Assembly (NCBI RefSeq): GCF_009914755.1
Contig: NC_060929.1
From: the human T2T-CHM13v2.0 reference genome, Homo sapiens
DNA length: 64,000 bases
Direction: 5' to 3' (one strand)
Made by a program: the position numbers and the translations under genes. The first letter of the stretch is position 1. Each line of letters starts with the position of its first letter. Shown in pieces: positions 1 through 26,580 of the stretch. The notes beneath the pieces are model-generated. The model was not told the DNA's origin, ran no database searches, and was given only the letters and a program-made list of their open reading frames with translations.

Positions 1-164
1 CCCTCTTTGCCTTCTGCTATGACTGGAAACTTCCTGAGGCCTCACCAGGAGCAGATGCAGCCACTATGCTTCTTGTACAGCCTGAAGAACCATGAGCCAA
101 AATTAACTTCTTTCTTTACAAATTATCCAGCCTCAGGTTCTTTCTTTATAGCAATGAAAGAACA
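1..164 (+). mobile_element. MaLR LTR 3' part (MST/THE1-like), cut by window edge
   Basis: Typical MST/THE1 LTR motifs: 'cctgaggcctcaccagg', 'cagcctgaagaaccatgagccaaaattaa', 'tttctttatagcaatgaaagaaca'. Confidence 0.8.
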
Positions 165-169
165 CATTA

Positions 170-700
170 TCACAGTATATACCCAAAAGAATTGAAAACA
201 GGGATTTGAGTAGATATTTGTTCACAAATGTTTATAGAAGCATTATTCACAATAGCCAAAAGGTGAAAGCAATCCAAGTGTCCATCAGTGGATGAATGGA
301 TAGACTAAAGGTGACATGTACATACGTTGGAATATTATTCAGTCTTTAAAAGGAAAGAAATTATGACACATGCTATAACATAGATAAACCTTCAAAACAT
401 GCTAAGTGAAACAAGCCAGTCACAAAAGAACAAATGGTTTCAATTATGTGAAGTATTAGAGTAATTCAATTCATAGAGACAGAAAGTTGAATGGTGTTGT
501 CAGGGGCTAGGGAGAGGAAAGAGGTGGAAGTTTTTGTTTATTGGGTGTGAAGTTTCTGCTTTGGAAGCTGGAAAAGTTCTGGAGCTGAACAGTGGTCATG
601 GTTTCATGCTAATATGAATGTATTTAATAGCACTGAACTGCACACTTAAGAATGGTTAATTTTATGTTGTGTACATGTTACTACAATTTAAAAAAACAAA
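170..700 (+). mobile_element. L1MB-type LINE-1 3' end
   Basis: ORF2 end/3'UTR motifs 'cattattcacaatagccaaaaggtg', 'gctaagtgaaacaagccagtcacaaaag', ending in an A-rich tail. Confidence 0.8.
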
Positions 701-1499
701 TATTTTTATTACGTTTTACCCAGCATAATTAGGTTTTATAATATCAGAACGTTTTCCAGGTTATTTGAACTTCATTTTTTTTTTCAAAAGAGGCATTTCT
801 TTAATTATTTTACCTTTAGGACTTTTAAGCTTTTATTCTACTCCAATGTGTTGCTTAGATAAGTAAGTAAGAGAACAGAGAAAATGAAACGGGAGGCTTT
901 GTTACTACATAGAGAATTCTTGCTTTCATTTAGTCTTTTTATTGGTAGAGTAGTTGTATTGTACAAATATAACAGGATTACAGGGATTTCAAGGCTCCAA
1001 CATGGGAAGCAGAGTAGAGCCTGACTGCATAAGAAATGGAACTGGCATTAAGGCAGCCCCATGTTCCCTCACCCTGTCTCTCTTCTTCGCATGTGATTTT
1101 TTATTCTAACAATTATCCCATTATCTTTACTTTTTCATTCACTTCAGTTTGTTGTAAACCATTTTAATTGACCAGGTCCTATTTGCCTGATGAAAATTCA
1201 TTATGTAATATTTTGGCATCTGCCCTTCCTAATAATTGCTGCAGGACCTTGGCTTCCCAATTTCAAACTTCTGAAAGGAATTTGATGTGCTGATGATTTT
1301 GAGTCTAATCATCTGGGCTAGATATGTTCATTAACTAAAAATAAACGCATAAGAATATTTCACTTCCCTGGCATCAATGTGAAAACTCAGTGTTCCCACT
1401 TCCCAGTGAAACTGGTGGAAAAAAACTTTTTTAAACCTCAACCATTTTAATTAAGCTTTTAGAAATGATTCCAAGGGCATTTAGCAAATGAAGACACAG

Positions 1500-3250
1500 T
1501 TATTCAAGAAAGCCTACTACACCCTGGTGAAAGAAAACAGTGAGAGTGTTTCATTTGAATGACAACCTGCTTCTTCCTTCCCACCATCCCAGCTTGACAT
1601 GATGGAACTGCACTCCAGATGGCCACTGCCAAGAACACAGGGCTTTCTCTTCCCCTACCTCCCAAACAGAAGTCTATGCTATCTTCCAAGGAGGGGAAGA
1701 ATATCAGCATTTCTCATACTGCTCCCAGATACAAGTTACAGAGGCTAAGTTTTAAGCAAGTATAGCCAACAGTTGGGGGCTCTTTTTTTTCCAACTAACC
1801 TCCACTGATGAGACATAAGGTTTACCTGGGACAGTTGCAAACACTGGAGCCCTCTCATCCCTGTCCTGGCTCCTAATGTAGAGGTTCTAAGCCAGGAGGG
1901 GCAAGCTGAGACCTGAGCCTACTGTACTCAATCCCTACCTCCCTGCTAAATGCCAGATCCTAAAGCAGGGGCGTCACTCAAAACAAGTTGTCACTTTCTC
2001 TGCCCTGAGCTTCAGAGAGGATAAGAGATTTTGCCCAGGGAGAAAGACAGGTCATAAAACGCTCTCCCTAAAGCCACTGACTTCATTTGCAATAGAATGT
2101 GAGAAAGTTCAAGCCTGAAGGGTACTCTACAAAGTAATGGTTGTTGTGGTAAAAAGCGATTAAGAGGAGACTGACCAATATATTAGGAATATAAGTTAAA
2201 CCACAGACCAGCTAGTTTACCAGAGAAAATTAGTGAAAGTTAAGAAGAGTTAAGACAGTTAAGAGCTGACTTGAGGTTGGACCAAATCTGAAACACTTAC
2301 CTCAAAAACTATCCCTACAAAGAAATTTGAATTTAATTAGACCATCCGCTGAACAATTTATGCCACAGGGCATTGTTGAAAACAATAGAGCAATCAATTG
2401 TAATTAATGGGTCTTAATAGCTGGTTGTGGCTAGAGAAAGACACAGTCAAAGAAAGCCCTGCCAAACCACTGTCATCCCAGAGTGACCATGCCTTCCCAA
2501 GGCTGCTCCCTTTAGGAGCAACAGTAGAGGTTTCACTGTGGCGATGCAGGGGATAGACTTCGCTAAAGGAATCCAGCCAATCACTAAACAAATAGGCAAA
2601 CAACAATAGCAAGGCCCAGATACAGTGGTGGGGCGGTGCATTTGCTATAATGTATTACTGAGATGTCTTTTTTCCAGCAAAAATTCCCAAGACATAACCC
2701 CACCTCAAAAAAAGAGAGAAAAGTCTGACCTATACATGGGGAAAAAAATAGCAGACAACAAGACTGTCTGTGAGAGCAACCAGATGTTGGATAAATATGT
2801 TCAAAAAACCAAAGGCAACCATGCTTAAAGATGTAAAGGAAGATACGTTGACAAGGTCTCATAATAGAGAATACCAGTTATAGAAATTATGAAAAAGAAC
2901 CAAATGGAGTTAAGAAATAAAATAATTCCAGAGTCTAGTAAAATAAAAAATGCACTGAAGAGATTCAACAGTAGAATTGAATGAGTGAATAAAGAATAAA
3001 GAATGAGTGAACTTGAATTAGATCACTAGAAAATATGCAACCTGAAGAACAGAGAGGAAAAAAGATAAAAACAAAACAAAACAAAACAAAAAACAACCCC
3101 AGAGAAACGTGGGACACTTTTAGGTGCACAAACATATGCAAAATGAAAGTACCAGAAGACAGAATTGAGCAGAAGAAATAATGACTTAAAACGCCTCAAA
3201 TTTGACAAAAAACGTGAATCTACACATCCAAGAAGCTCAATGTACTCTAA
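1500..3250 (+). mobile_element. Old L1M 5' region/ORF1 remnant
   Basis: A-rich ORF1-like sequence at 2680-3250 ('gaaaaagaaccaaatggag', 'gaatgagtgaacttgaa', 'atctacacatccaagaagctcaa'); the upstream boundary is approximate. Confidence 0.55.
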
Positions 3251-4260
3251 TTTTCTCATCTAAGAGAGTATATCTTACAGGCACAAACAAGGTGCTCTCC
3301 ATCAGCTGTTATAAGGAAGTTTGGAAAAGGCAAACAACAATCCATATCTCTGGTAGAATTACTAAGAAATGAACTCAATTTTTGTACTAGCTAATACAAA
3401 TTTATTAGATCACAACAGCAAAAATTTTTCATTAATGAGAATCCTGAAGTTTTACAAGACCCTAAAGTACCTTCAAAATAAAACAAGATTAAAAATAATT
3501 AGTGATGATTTAGTAAAGTATGTTTTATTTTGTTTTAGTTCCACCTACTATAAATATTATAATTTATTAATATATCAGTTTTGTTGACTTAAATCTTTGA
3601 TTAATATGAATTATTAACACATGCCATATAATAGAGCACATAGTGTACTAGCAGTTTCTAAACTAATCCTTCATCCCTCAGATGAAGAGTGTGACTTACC
3701 TGTAGACAATTAAGGTTTGAGAGGTTTTGAATGTCCTCCTACCCCAAGTGTGCTTCTCCCAAGACTTATTTCTTCTAGTCAAGGTTTTCCAACCTCCAAA
3801 TGCAAGTGGAAGAAGGATTCTATTTAAAGCTAAATTAATTCTTTACATTAACTTGAACGTGCTAATGTTATACTTTCCTTAAGGTAAGCAGAGAGATGCA
3901 GGAACCCAAGATACCTAAGAGTCAGGAAGCTTCGAATAGGGCACAGCTTGGGAAGTGCTCACAGGTATGAGATTCAACCTTGACAACTTTTAGACTTTAT
4001 CTATGTCCTGCTTTTGCAGGGGCTTTGGAAAATTGATTACTTTTCCTTTTAGGTGAAATAATTCAAATTTGCTAAACTCACTTGCCTCTTCTTTAATCCA
4101 CAAGTATTTTTGAATAACTACAGTTTGAGGTAATGACAGAAACCCCTATAAGGAAAAAAATGATGTTCTGTAGTGAGCCATATGCCAGAATTATAGAACA
4201 AATATTAGCCCTGAGACCTTTTGGTTGAGAGAAAACAAGTGTAAGCACTAAGGGCTTAAA

Positions 4261-4574
4261 TTTCTTTCTTTTTTCTTTTTTATCTTTTTCTTTTGAGACA
4301 AGGTCTTACTCTTTCACCCGGGCTGGAATGCACTGGTGCAATCAAGGCTCACTACAGCCTCAACCTCCTGGGTTCAATCAATTCTCCTCTCTCAACCTCC
4401 TGAACAGCTGGGTACAGGTGTGTGCCACCATCCCCGGCTAATTTTTGTAATTTTTGTAGAGACAGAGTTTCACCATGTTGCCCAGGCTGGTCCTGAACTC
4501 CTGTGCTCAAGCAATCCACCTGCCTTGACTTCCCAAAATTCTGGGATTACAGGCGTAAGCCACCACGCTTGGCC
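4261..4574 (-). mobile_element. Alu (AluJ-like)
   Basis: T-rich tail then reverse Alu dimer ending 'caccacgcttggcc'. Confidence 0.95.
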
Positions 4575-5229
4575 TTAAGTGCTTATATTCTAATGAGTTA
4601 AATGATCCACATTCTCTTGTGGATAGTAGCAGGATAGGATGCAAAATTGCAGACTTTATTACAAGTCTGTAATCAAGTCCCAAGAATGATCTGTTGTGAG
4701 GCAAGCCATGAGACTCCATCTACTACATTGCCTTAGGAAAGTGCTGTGGTAACAGCAACTTCACTCCTTTAACTTAATCTCAGCATCCCTGACTTCTGGA
4801 GCACAAAAGCTAAACAAAAAAAGGGATGAATATTATTTTTCATTAATTCATAAAGTCTGTTGGAAAATATATTTTAACAGAATAAAACTATACTGTGTTC
4901 ATTAAAACATGCTTGATTTAAAAAAAGAAATTTTCTTTTAACTGAAAATGGACAGAGGAGGGACACTTATCAAACCTCTGGTTGCGAGAAGAGTCAAAAA
5001 GGCTGATTGCTGAGCCCCACATTGCAGCACAAATAGAAGACAAGAAGGAGTAATGGTGGGGTGGAGACAGTTGTCCAAACAACAACAAAAAAGCAAAATT
5101 CACAAAGTCCAGGGATCAGAGTGATGATAATATATAACCTTGTATGATAGAAGGTAGCAGTGAAGACAGTCAACATCATTGAAGAATATGGAATAAGAGG
5201 AAGAAGGGGTTGAAAATTCCAACTATTAA

Positions 5230-5510
5230 GAGATGTGGCTGGAGAAGTCAGTCAAAGATTCTTCTATATTCTAGCAAGAGGAGATAATTGTCTCAACTAA
5301 AATAGAGTCAGTGGGAATGATGAGAAATTAAGGAATCCTAGAAATATTAACATGAGGTAAAGGTGAGGAAATGCAGTGCCTTTTATAGATATAGAAGAAA
5401 AGACCGAAGTCAAGCATTTGTCTCAGTATCCAATTTAAGCAATAAGGAGCTGGTATTACCAGTCTCTGAAATGGTGCTACAAATGCAGAAGTATGTTTGG
5501 CAAATGTGGT
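5230..5510 (-). mobile_element. L2 fragment
   Basis: Degenerate antisense L2 motifs ('aagaggagataattgtctcaactaaa', 'gaagtcaagcatt...ggtattaccagtctctgaaatgg'). Confidence 0.45.
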
Positions 5511-5542
5511 CAAGACAGATGATGGGTGGAGGCAGAGGCTAC

Positions 5543-6025
5543 TGTTGATGCAAGGTAGGCAAGCCTCAAATTGGGGCTTAGCTCAGGAGAGTTCTTGGCT
5601 TTGCTCAGGAAAGAATTCAAGAGCAAACTGGTGGTAGAAGAAAGCAGCTTTACTGACATGGCAGTGTTAGAGCTTCATGACTGCTCCTGTAGAGCAGGGC
5701 TTCCTCGTAGACACTGTGTTGACAGCAGCAGCTCAAAGGCAGTTCTGCAGTCATATTTACACCGACTTTTAATTACATGCAAATTAGGGAGCAGATTATA
5801 CAGCAATTTCTAGTAAAAGAGTAGTACATTCCAAGTTGTTGGGTCATTCCCATGGAAAGAGGCAGTAACTTACAGGTCTTGCCATGGCAATGGTAAACTG
5901 ACATGGCACACTGCTGGGCATGTCTTATGGAGAGGTGTTTCTACCATTTCTCCCTTTTATCTAGTCCTCAATCTGGTCTGATGTCTGAGCCCCACCTCTG
6001 GAATCACGTCCCACCTCCTACCTCA
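5543..6025 (-). mobile_element. ERV1 MER4-group solo LTR (MER66-like)
   Basis: TG...CA termini; 'gttcttggctttgctcaggaaagaattcaag' and 'cccacctcctacctca' ends typical of MER4-group LTRs. Confidence 0.75.
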
Positions 6026-7100
6026 CCATTACTAACAATTCTACACATTTCAGTTCATCTTTACATGACATTAATTTGGGAATCCTTTTTTCTTTCTAGT
6101 CTCCTTTGTACAAAACTGAACACTTTTCTCTAAATAAAATTTGGATAAGAGAAAATTAGAAACACTCCCATAGTTGCTATTTGAGAGGTACCCACTCCAG
6201 TTGATCAGAGTATGTCCATAGCTGCGAAATAGCCTGAGAAATTTAGACGAAAACAAAGCTTGTTACCTGAACTATCCAGATAATCAAAAATTAAATATTG
6301 AGAAACATTTTTATATTATCCCAGCAATGACCCTAAAGCCTTTCTTTGTTTGATTAACTAATCAAAGCAAAGCTTACATGATTTTATAGCAAACAATGAA
6401 TGTTTAAAATCAATCTCATTTAACTTTAAATAAAAAGAATTGGTTTTCTTTAGTGACTATAGTTAGAACATGTTTTAGATCTTCAGTCACGTCCAAGAAT
6501 ATCCAATAACACTGACTAGGATCCAGAAAAAAGCTTTTTTTTCGGATACTCTTGATGGTAAGTTAACTTGATTCTCTTAAGAACTGCCTTGGCTATTTTC
6601 AGAGTGTGAGTTAAAATGTCTGAAGTTTGAAAGGAAACAGATCATCCTCGGAAATCACTTTGGATGACAAGGAAACTTTAACATTAACATTCAAACCACA
6701 TCAATCATGGGGGTGGAGAACTACTACTAAGCACCATATGAAAATAGTTGGGCAGTTTCCAAAGACAGAGAGAAAATCTATAGCAAGCACCGCAATGTTT
6801 AGTTTTAGGGGTGGGGTTCTTTCTTTTAAAACACTTTTAGGAGCTGTAAAAAGATACATTTCCTTATATATTGTACTAGCTGATTTTTTTTTCTACACTA
6901 GCTAAGAATAGAACCATTGGGAAAAGAGCTGTGCTGTCTTTAGTTGTTAGAGGATACCTATACTGTTGAATAAGAGAAGCGTATATTTCTTGCTCCAAAA
7001 ATTACCATCTGACAGTCTATTTTGTATAATGAAATTTCACCACTAGAAATTATTTTTCTGAGGATATTTACAAATCATTTGATAATTTTTTAATGTTGCC

Positions 7101-9393
<2,293 letters not shown>

Positions 9394-10054
9394 TTTTTAC
9401 ATGCAATACCAGGGGAGAAATGTAAAGGAAGCAAAGATGGAAGACATAAAGGAGGCAGTGAGGTATCTAAAGGATCTCAGGAGATCTTGAGCGGTCATGA
9501 GAAAAGAATGAGAGTAAGCGCAATGATAGTTAAAAAGTATGGTGGAAAAACACCATATAACACAATATAAACAAGTTTGCCAACCTCATAGTTTTCAGAT
9601 AGCTGGGTCTGTGGTCAACAGTTAGTAAAAGAAGAGAGTTGAGTGACTTGACTACATGTCTGATTATTACTGATTTTCTGGATAGACACATAAACATACT
9701 TCTAATACATACATATACATATATTTATTTACTTACAGGAAATAGGATAATCTTTATACATATCAGATATAAAAGAGGGTGTGGATATCAGTAACTCATG
9801 ATGTAACTATCTTTTTTGTATGTGGTGCCCCATGTGTTTGCCTGATAAAGTTATATTTTTATTACTGGTCTTTGAGCACATGATTGAGCAGTCCTGTTTT
9901 CGTTGGTCCCAACAGCTTGAGATAGCTATATCTGCTATGTGGAGCAGTCTCTGGGGGCAAGAGAGGTCAATGTTAGTGAAGGTGATGCAAAAAGGAAATT
10001 GTATGGATGCCATAACATCAGGTATTAGTCTACTTCATATGGAGCTATATCATA

Positions 10055-10910
10055 CATTCATAAATACTTACTGTTCTGGGCATTGTATTTGGGCAAAACA
10101 TACAGAACAGAACTAGAATGGCCTTGACATTGTAGAGCTTAAAATATTAATATTAATCAAATAATCCTATAGGAGAGTAGTATTTAATTACAACCCCAAC
10201 AAATGCCATGAAGAAAAAGGAACTTGATTTATAGGAGATTTTAACCAAGATATCTGATATATATACATGGAGATATGGAAGGGGGAGATGGACAAGGGAT
10301 GCTTCCTTGAAAATGAAAGGATTGAGCTAAGATCTGGTGGGTGTGTAGTAATAGCTCTCTCTAGATGAGGAGGGAGAGAAGAAGATATGTATGTGGAGAT
10401 AGAATAAGAGACAGTGAGAGCCAGGAAGCAGGAACAAAATGACAGGAGCAAACAAGGTGTATTCTAAGAAATAAGAAATGGTGAGTGTGCCAGCTATATA
10501 AAGAGGAGAGGGGCAGAGTGGTTTAAAATGAAGGAGCAGGCAGGGAGCAAACCAATTTCAGAGCATTAGGCCCAGTTCAGGATTTCTTCATTAATTAAAG
10601 AGGAAGAAATGGGAAGCCAATAAAATATTTTAAGCAGATATGTTTTAGCAAAATTTGTGCTGGCTGTAGTGTGTAGAATGGATTGGAGAGGAATACAGAT
10701 GACTGGTTAAGAATCTATTGCAGGAAACTGAGTAAGGGTGATATGTAATAAGATGGTTGAGATGGCATTCTTGGGAAGAGATCCCAGTGTAAAGAGAAAT
10801 ATATTTTGGTTTTAGATATGTTGAGATTGTGAGCCCTTGAGATACCAAAGAGAGAATGTTAAGTGGCAGTAAGATATCTGTATTTTGAGCTCAGTGAATA
10901 TGTCTGGAAT
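10055..10910 (-). mobile_element. L2 fragment(s)
   Basis: Antisense L2 3' end 'cattcataaatacttactgttctgggcattg' and internal 'ttttggttttagatatgttgagattg...gtggcagt'. Confidence 0.55.
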
Positions 10911-11249
10911 GTCTAGAGCCACTTAACACCTTTTGCTCCATCTGTAAGAAGAAAATAGCATGCTGAGATTAGGAACTCCCTTGAGCCAGATCAAGTTTAC
11001 CTTCTGATCATGTACACACAGAGACTTTAATGCATCTATTGAATTTTATTTTGCATTCCTTACCTTCTAAAAGCCTAAACTTTATTGTGTAGCACATATA
11101 ATAAACATTACAAGTGGCTTCTCTTTTAATTTATTATAAATGTGGCATTTAAAATTCAATTTTACAATTTTTTAGTGTTGACTGAAAAAAGAAACCAACA
11201 ACTGGCCTTCATTGACAAATTTATAGAAAAAATGCCCAGTTATTTTGAT

Positions 11250-11635
11250 CATTCATTCCACAAAATATTTATTGGACATCTAGTATGGGCAGGACTCTCT
11301 TCCAGGTGCTAGAGATACAGCAGTAAACAAAACAGAAAAAATAACATCTACCCACACAGAGCTTACAATTTAGTAAGCTAAATTTGTTTGCGTACAGTAT
11401 AATATATACATTAAATAAATAAATTTACTATATAATTGCTAGATAGTGATAAATATTGAAAAGAAAGCATTGAGAAGGAGAAGAAGTTGGGAAATGTATG
11501 CATGTTGAAAATGCTTACATTTTGAAAAGAGTGACCAGGAAAGATCTCACTGAGGAGCTGATATTTGGGAAAAAAACAAAAGAACTATGAGAGAGTGAAC
11601 TATACGGATACCTGAGGAAAAAAATTCCAGACATA
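11250..11635 (-). mobile_element. L2a 3' end
   Basis: 'cattcattccacaaaatatttattggacatctagtatgggcagg...agatacagcagtaaacaaaacaga'. Confidence 0.75.
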
Positions 11636-11639
11636 TAGA

Positions 11640-12215
11640 AAACAAATAACGAAATGGCAGATACAAATCCCACCTTAATATTGCATGAAATACTTCAATT
11701 AAAGGGCAGAGATTGAAATAATAGATATAAGAAATGATTCAGCTCTATGTTGTTTTATGTTGTTTACAAAAGATAACATTAGTCAAATAGTCAAAACATG
11801 GAAACAACCCAAATTTCTATCAATGGATGAAGAAATAAACAAAATGTGACTTATCCATGCAATAGAATATTATTCATCCATAAAATTAATGAAGTACTCT
11901 TACGTGCTACATTGATGAACCTTGACAGCATTATTCTAACTGAAAGAAGCCAGACACAAATGCCTGCATGGTGTATGCCTGAATTATATGAAATATCCAC
12001 AATAGGCAAACCTATGGAAAGAGTATAGATTAGGGGTTGGCAGAAGGTGGATATAGGAATAATGGGGAGTGCCTGCTTCTGATATAGAATTTCTTTTGGG
12101 GGTAATGAAAATGTTCTGGAATGAGATAGTGTTGATGGTTGCATAACCCAGTGAATAAAACCACATCAAAATGATGAATCATATAGTATGCAAATTATGT
12201 CTCAAAATAAATAAT
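11640..12215 (+). mobile_element. Old L1M fragments (ORF2 start joined to an L1MB/MC-type 3' end)
   Basis: 'aaagggcagagattg' endonuclease-region remnant, then 'catggaaacaacccaaat...gaaagaagccagacacaaa' 3' end. Confidence 0.65.
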
Positions 12216-12254
12216 TACCATAGTTCAAGTAAACAACTGACATAGCAGATTGGA

Positions 12255-13800
12255 TAATGAACCAAATAGAAGTTCTAGAATTGGAAATAACAGTAATAAA
12301 AATGAAAACTAATGGATGGTGAAAACAGCACAGTTGAGATAGCTAAACAGAGAATTTGCAAACTGGGAGATAATTTAGAACAAAAAAATCCACCACAAAA
12401 AACTGAGAGAAAAATGAGGCAAAAGAGGAATATAGGATAAAAGCATAAAGAATAGGGCAAAAGGTCTAACACAAATATAGTTGGAGTCCTATAAAGAGAG
12501 AAAAGAGTGGAAGCCATAGTTGAAGAGATTATGCCTAAGCATTTTCCATAACTGAAAAAGATTCAAGCTACAGGTTTATGAACTCCAAGTGGGATAACAA
12601 AACCCCACCCAGACATATAATAAAAATATTTAAAAACTAAAGATACAAAGAAAAAATTTCAAAAATGGATAGGAAACAATATCAGATTACTATTGAAGGA
12701 GCACCTGTTTGACTAACTGTTGACAAACTTCTTAAGAAATAAGAAAAGCCAGAAAACAAGGGAAGGTTATATTCAAACAGCTAAAAAAAAAATGGTCAAA
12801 ATCAAATTATGGTCTCATGCAAACCTTATTCCAAGAAAGAAGGAAAATAAGACATTTTCAACTAAAGAAATCATGATCAAAGTAGTATTTTTAAAATAGC
12901 AAAGCATATTCTTTGGGAGAAAGAATATAATATCAGATGGAAATTTAGAGTAATATGAAAGATTGACTAGTGATAAGATAATTAATAAAGCAGAAGATAT
13001 GGAGAAATTACTCAGAATGCAAAGTTGTGAGAAAAAGAGATGAAGAATATAAGAGTAGCTAAGTAGTGGATAGAATGAACATGTCTAATATATGTTTAAC
13101 TGGAGTCCCAAAGAAAGTAATTGAGAAGAAGAGATAATATTTAAAGGGATAGAGAATCTTACAGAACTGGTGGAAAATGAAGATTCAGGAGCAAATCATA
13201 GGAAAACTGCAAAGTAAAGATCTTCAGACAGGATATAAAGACAGATTGTAAATAAGACTGAGAATTTAAACAATATTTGGGGACACTAGAAAGTAGTGAA
13301 TTTCAACTTGAGGGATGTAAAAGAAATATAACCGTTGACATGAACTGTATTCCCAGGTACATTTTTATTCAACAATGAAGTTGAAATGCATCCATTTTCA
13401 GGCAACCAAAAATTTATATTTAATTACCAGTAGACCTTAACTAAAGAAATTTTGAAAGAAAAATGGATGTCTGAGATGTAGGATGAAATAATGTGCAAAT
13501 AAATGGTTGAACTTGTAGGTAAACTTAAATTAACATTAATTGTTTTTAAAAAATGATAGCAATGCCTAATACTGTGCTTAAAGAAACAACAAAAAAATAC
13601 TAAAATAATGGTATGAAAGGCTGAAAGGGGTTGGTGATTGTAATTTAATATGCCCAAGAAGCCCTTAGTCATTTAGGAATAACAGAGATATTAAATGTTA
13701 TTAGATTTTAGGTAATGCATGCACACATAACTTTTAAGTCAATAAAAAATAGAACTAGAATGTATAACTTCCAAAGCAGTAGACATATAAAACTGAAAAA
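12255..13800 (+). mobile_element. Ancient L1ME/HAL1-like ORF1 remnants
   Basis: A-rich ORF1-like motifs ('gaaccaaatagaagttctagaattggaaa', 'ggagtcccaaagaaag', 'ccagtagaccttaactaaagaaat'). Confidence 0.5.
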
Positions 13801-14254
13801 GTACTAAGTATGACTTAAAAAATTATATTGTACATCAAGTTATAATGAACATGAAGCTACAAATAAAGCCAGTAATATTTTCCTCATTCATACTCAAAAT
13901 CTGATCTCTATTTTAATACTTCTTACTACATAGAGTTTTATAGCATATAATTTTCTTATTTGCTTTTTGAATTTTATGATGTCAATTTTTAAATATACAA
14001 CAAAGCTATTATAACAAATTAATGTCAAGCAATTTTTTATTGTTTGTGTTAACTAAACAAATTCTCACATCTTTTTTGGTGAGTTGCATTTGATTAAATA
14101 TGATTATATTTGTGTCTTCTGAATGCTGCCATCTATATAACATCATTATACTAAAATATCCATAGCTTTACCATTCTCATCTATTTGTGCCAAATAGTAT
14201 ATGTGTTTGTTTCTCTTGGTATTCAATTTATAAAGAAATCATGTGTTGTTATTC

Positions 14255-22101
<7,847 letters not shown>

Positions 22102-23299
22102 CATGTGTTATCATTTGTGCAGAGAAATATTGAGGGTTAAAAATTGAGAAGAAATTGTCATCTTTTGTCAGAAGCATTAGAATTATAATGTGAAAGGCTA
22201 CATAGACTTTGGGGCAAAACTAAGAGATGGTAAAGGAAACGGGAAAATGTATCCATTTGAGAGAAAAAACTTAGAAGGCCATTTTTGAAAGCGAATAGTT
22301 AAGAGCTTGGATTAGAACGCTCAATTAAGGCACATTGTGAAAAGGGTATAAGATTTAATGCATTAAATACATAAAACTAGTAAGGATTGCATGTGTACAG
22401 AGAGTTAGATAAGTCAGTAATATTTATAGAAGATTGTAATTAGTTGAAAAAACTATAGAACACCACTCTGCTTAATCCACTGTACCACAGTAGGGAGGGT
22501 CTGGAAGGGAAGAAATGCAGAAATAAACCAGAAAATATGGTGTTTTAAAAACACAATGATTTAGAGGAAGAAAGCTGGGCATGTAGTTAACTGCTATGGA
22601 AAGCAAATATATGCTCCAACAAATGTTTAAGTAAAGCTCTTAGGAAAGAATAAAAGAGATGAGATTAATTGTGGCTTAGGGAATCTGGGAGGAGAAAATA
22701 TTTGAGCTAGATGTTGAAGGATGAAGAAGATTGCTGCAGGCTGTTTTAGTAAAGAAACATTCAAAAGGTCAGGTAAGTGGATTAGCAATGTCTTAGACAT
22801 CAGAAAGGGAAAAAATGTGTTCAGGGACGAGAAAGTTGGGTACATAGAAAAATGAAGAGGAATGTTAGACTGGAAAAGAATATAAGAAAATGGACTTTTT
22901 CTGTGGCGTGAAGAAAGAAAAATAATCCGCCAATGATGGCAGGAGGTTATGTGATGAGCAAAGTAAAGTGTCTAAAAACAATAAATCAGAATAGAAATAA
23001 GTAAAGTAACCAAATAATTTATACCCCGAATTGGGATACTTTTGAGAACAAATTTGGGCACTAAAATCATCAAAATGTTATACATTTTGAAAATACTTAT
23101 AGGATAGTAAATTGGTTTTATATTTTTGATATAACTATAAAAATTATCCTACTTAAAATTTATTTTCATAGATAGACTATGTTTATTTACATTAAAACAA
23201 AACTATTGATTAGCTGAAAATTTAGAATAACATAAGCAAAATAATTGATTCTGTGATACATATATTTTATATACTTTAATCAGTTTATAGCTATTTCTG

Positions 23300-25367
<2,068 letters not shown>

Positions 25368-26066
25368 TGCTGCTGAAAATTTGTTGTGAAATTTCACAAA
25401 TTGAGAAACAATAAATAAATCAATATTGTAGAGTTATATGATGTAATAATGACAATAGCACTATATTAAGAGTACAAGCTACTTCCTCTCTTCATTTTAT
25501 AAAACAACAGCTCTGGTTCTATTTCCTACACATTTGTCATATACTTAACCTATACATTCCTGTGTTTTACCCCAGATGCCCCTCACCACCATCTATTATG
25601 AGCATAGTTTTATGTGGGACTGGTGATTGGCAGATTTGTGTATTTTATAAACCAACATAGGACCAAGACAGTGTATAATGCTCCGCCCTCCACCACCACC
25701 CAGACCAAGAGGAGATGGCTTCCTCTCACCACTTATGTACCAGAAACATAACACCCTGCATGCCGACCTGGAAAGGGAAATGTTAGATTTTATATGGCTG
25801 AGGGTGCCAGGGAAAGAGAAGGGGTTATGTTACCTGTCTTTAAATTTAAATTAGGTTTCAGGTTGAAAGTATTCATTCCCCATAATTCTCACACTTTTCT
25901 AAATAAGACTAACAGAAACTACCAAACCCACCTTAGCTTATTTTAACACAAGTATTTAATAATATTTTGTAAAAAATGAAGAATCTGGAACAAATGTAAA
26001 TCATGACAGGGTGTCTTAGGTAACTGGCAGAAACTGGTACAGTTCTGGGCAAACCGAGATGTAGAG

Positions 26067-26580
26067 TGTTCTGGTTATTGATTGCTAGGTATGAAACTAT
26101 ACCAAAAAGTAGTGGTTTACAACAACTCACTCATTATATCTCATGGTTTTGTGCGTTGGGAATTCAGGCAGTGCTCAGCTGAGAGGTTTTTCCACTGCAT
26201 GTGGCATCCACTGTGGTCACGTGGTAGTATTCAGTTGGCAGCCACTCTGGTTTGGAGGGTCCACATGGATTCACTCTTATTCCTGTTTCCTGGGGCTACC
26301 TTTCTTCCTCCCCCTCCAACGTAGCCTCTGGGCTTCTCCACACATTCTCTTCCTCAGGTTAGTCAGATTTCTTACTGCCCTGGCCCAGGGCTCCCAGAGA
26401 CTAAAGTGAAATGTGTCAATCCTTTTTAGGCTAGACCTAGAACTAGCTCAGTGTCGCGTCTGTAATATTCCTTGATCACAGCAGTCAAAGACTGGCCCAG
26501 ATTCAAGGGGAAGGGACATTGTGCTCAGCTTCAATGGGAGAAGTGTCAAAGAATTTGCAGCCATCTTTTAAAAAACCACA
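26067..26580 (-). mobile_element. MaLR MLT1 (F/H-like) solo LTR
   Basis: TG...CA termini; 'tagtggtttacaacaac...tctcatggttttgtg...gggaattcaggcag', 'cagattcaaggggaaggg', 'gccatcttttaaaaaaccaca'. Confidence 0.8.

Noticed and set aside
3694-3822. Consensus minus-strand donor CAG|gtaagt at 3700
   Set aside because: No convincing acceptor upstream; a single site is insufficient.
6454-6557. Possible plus-strand exon (ttttctttag ... ATG|gtaagt)
   Set aside because: Isolated splice-like signals are expected by chance in 64 kb of AT-rich DNA; no recognisable coding content or partner exon.
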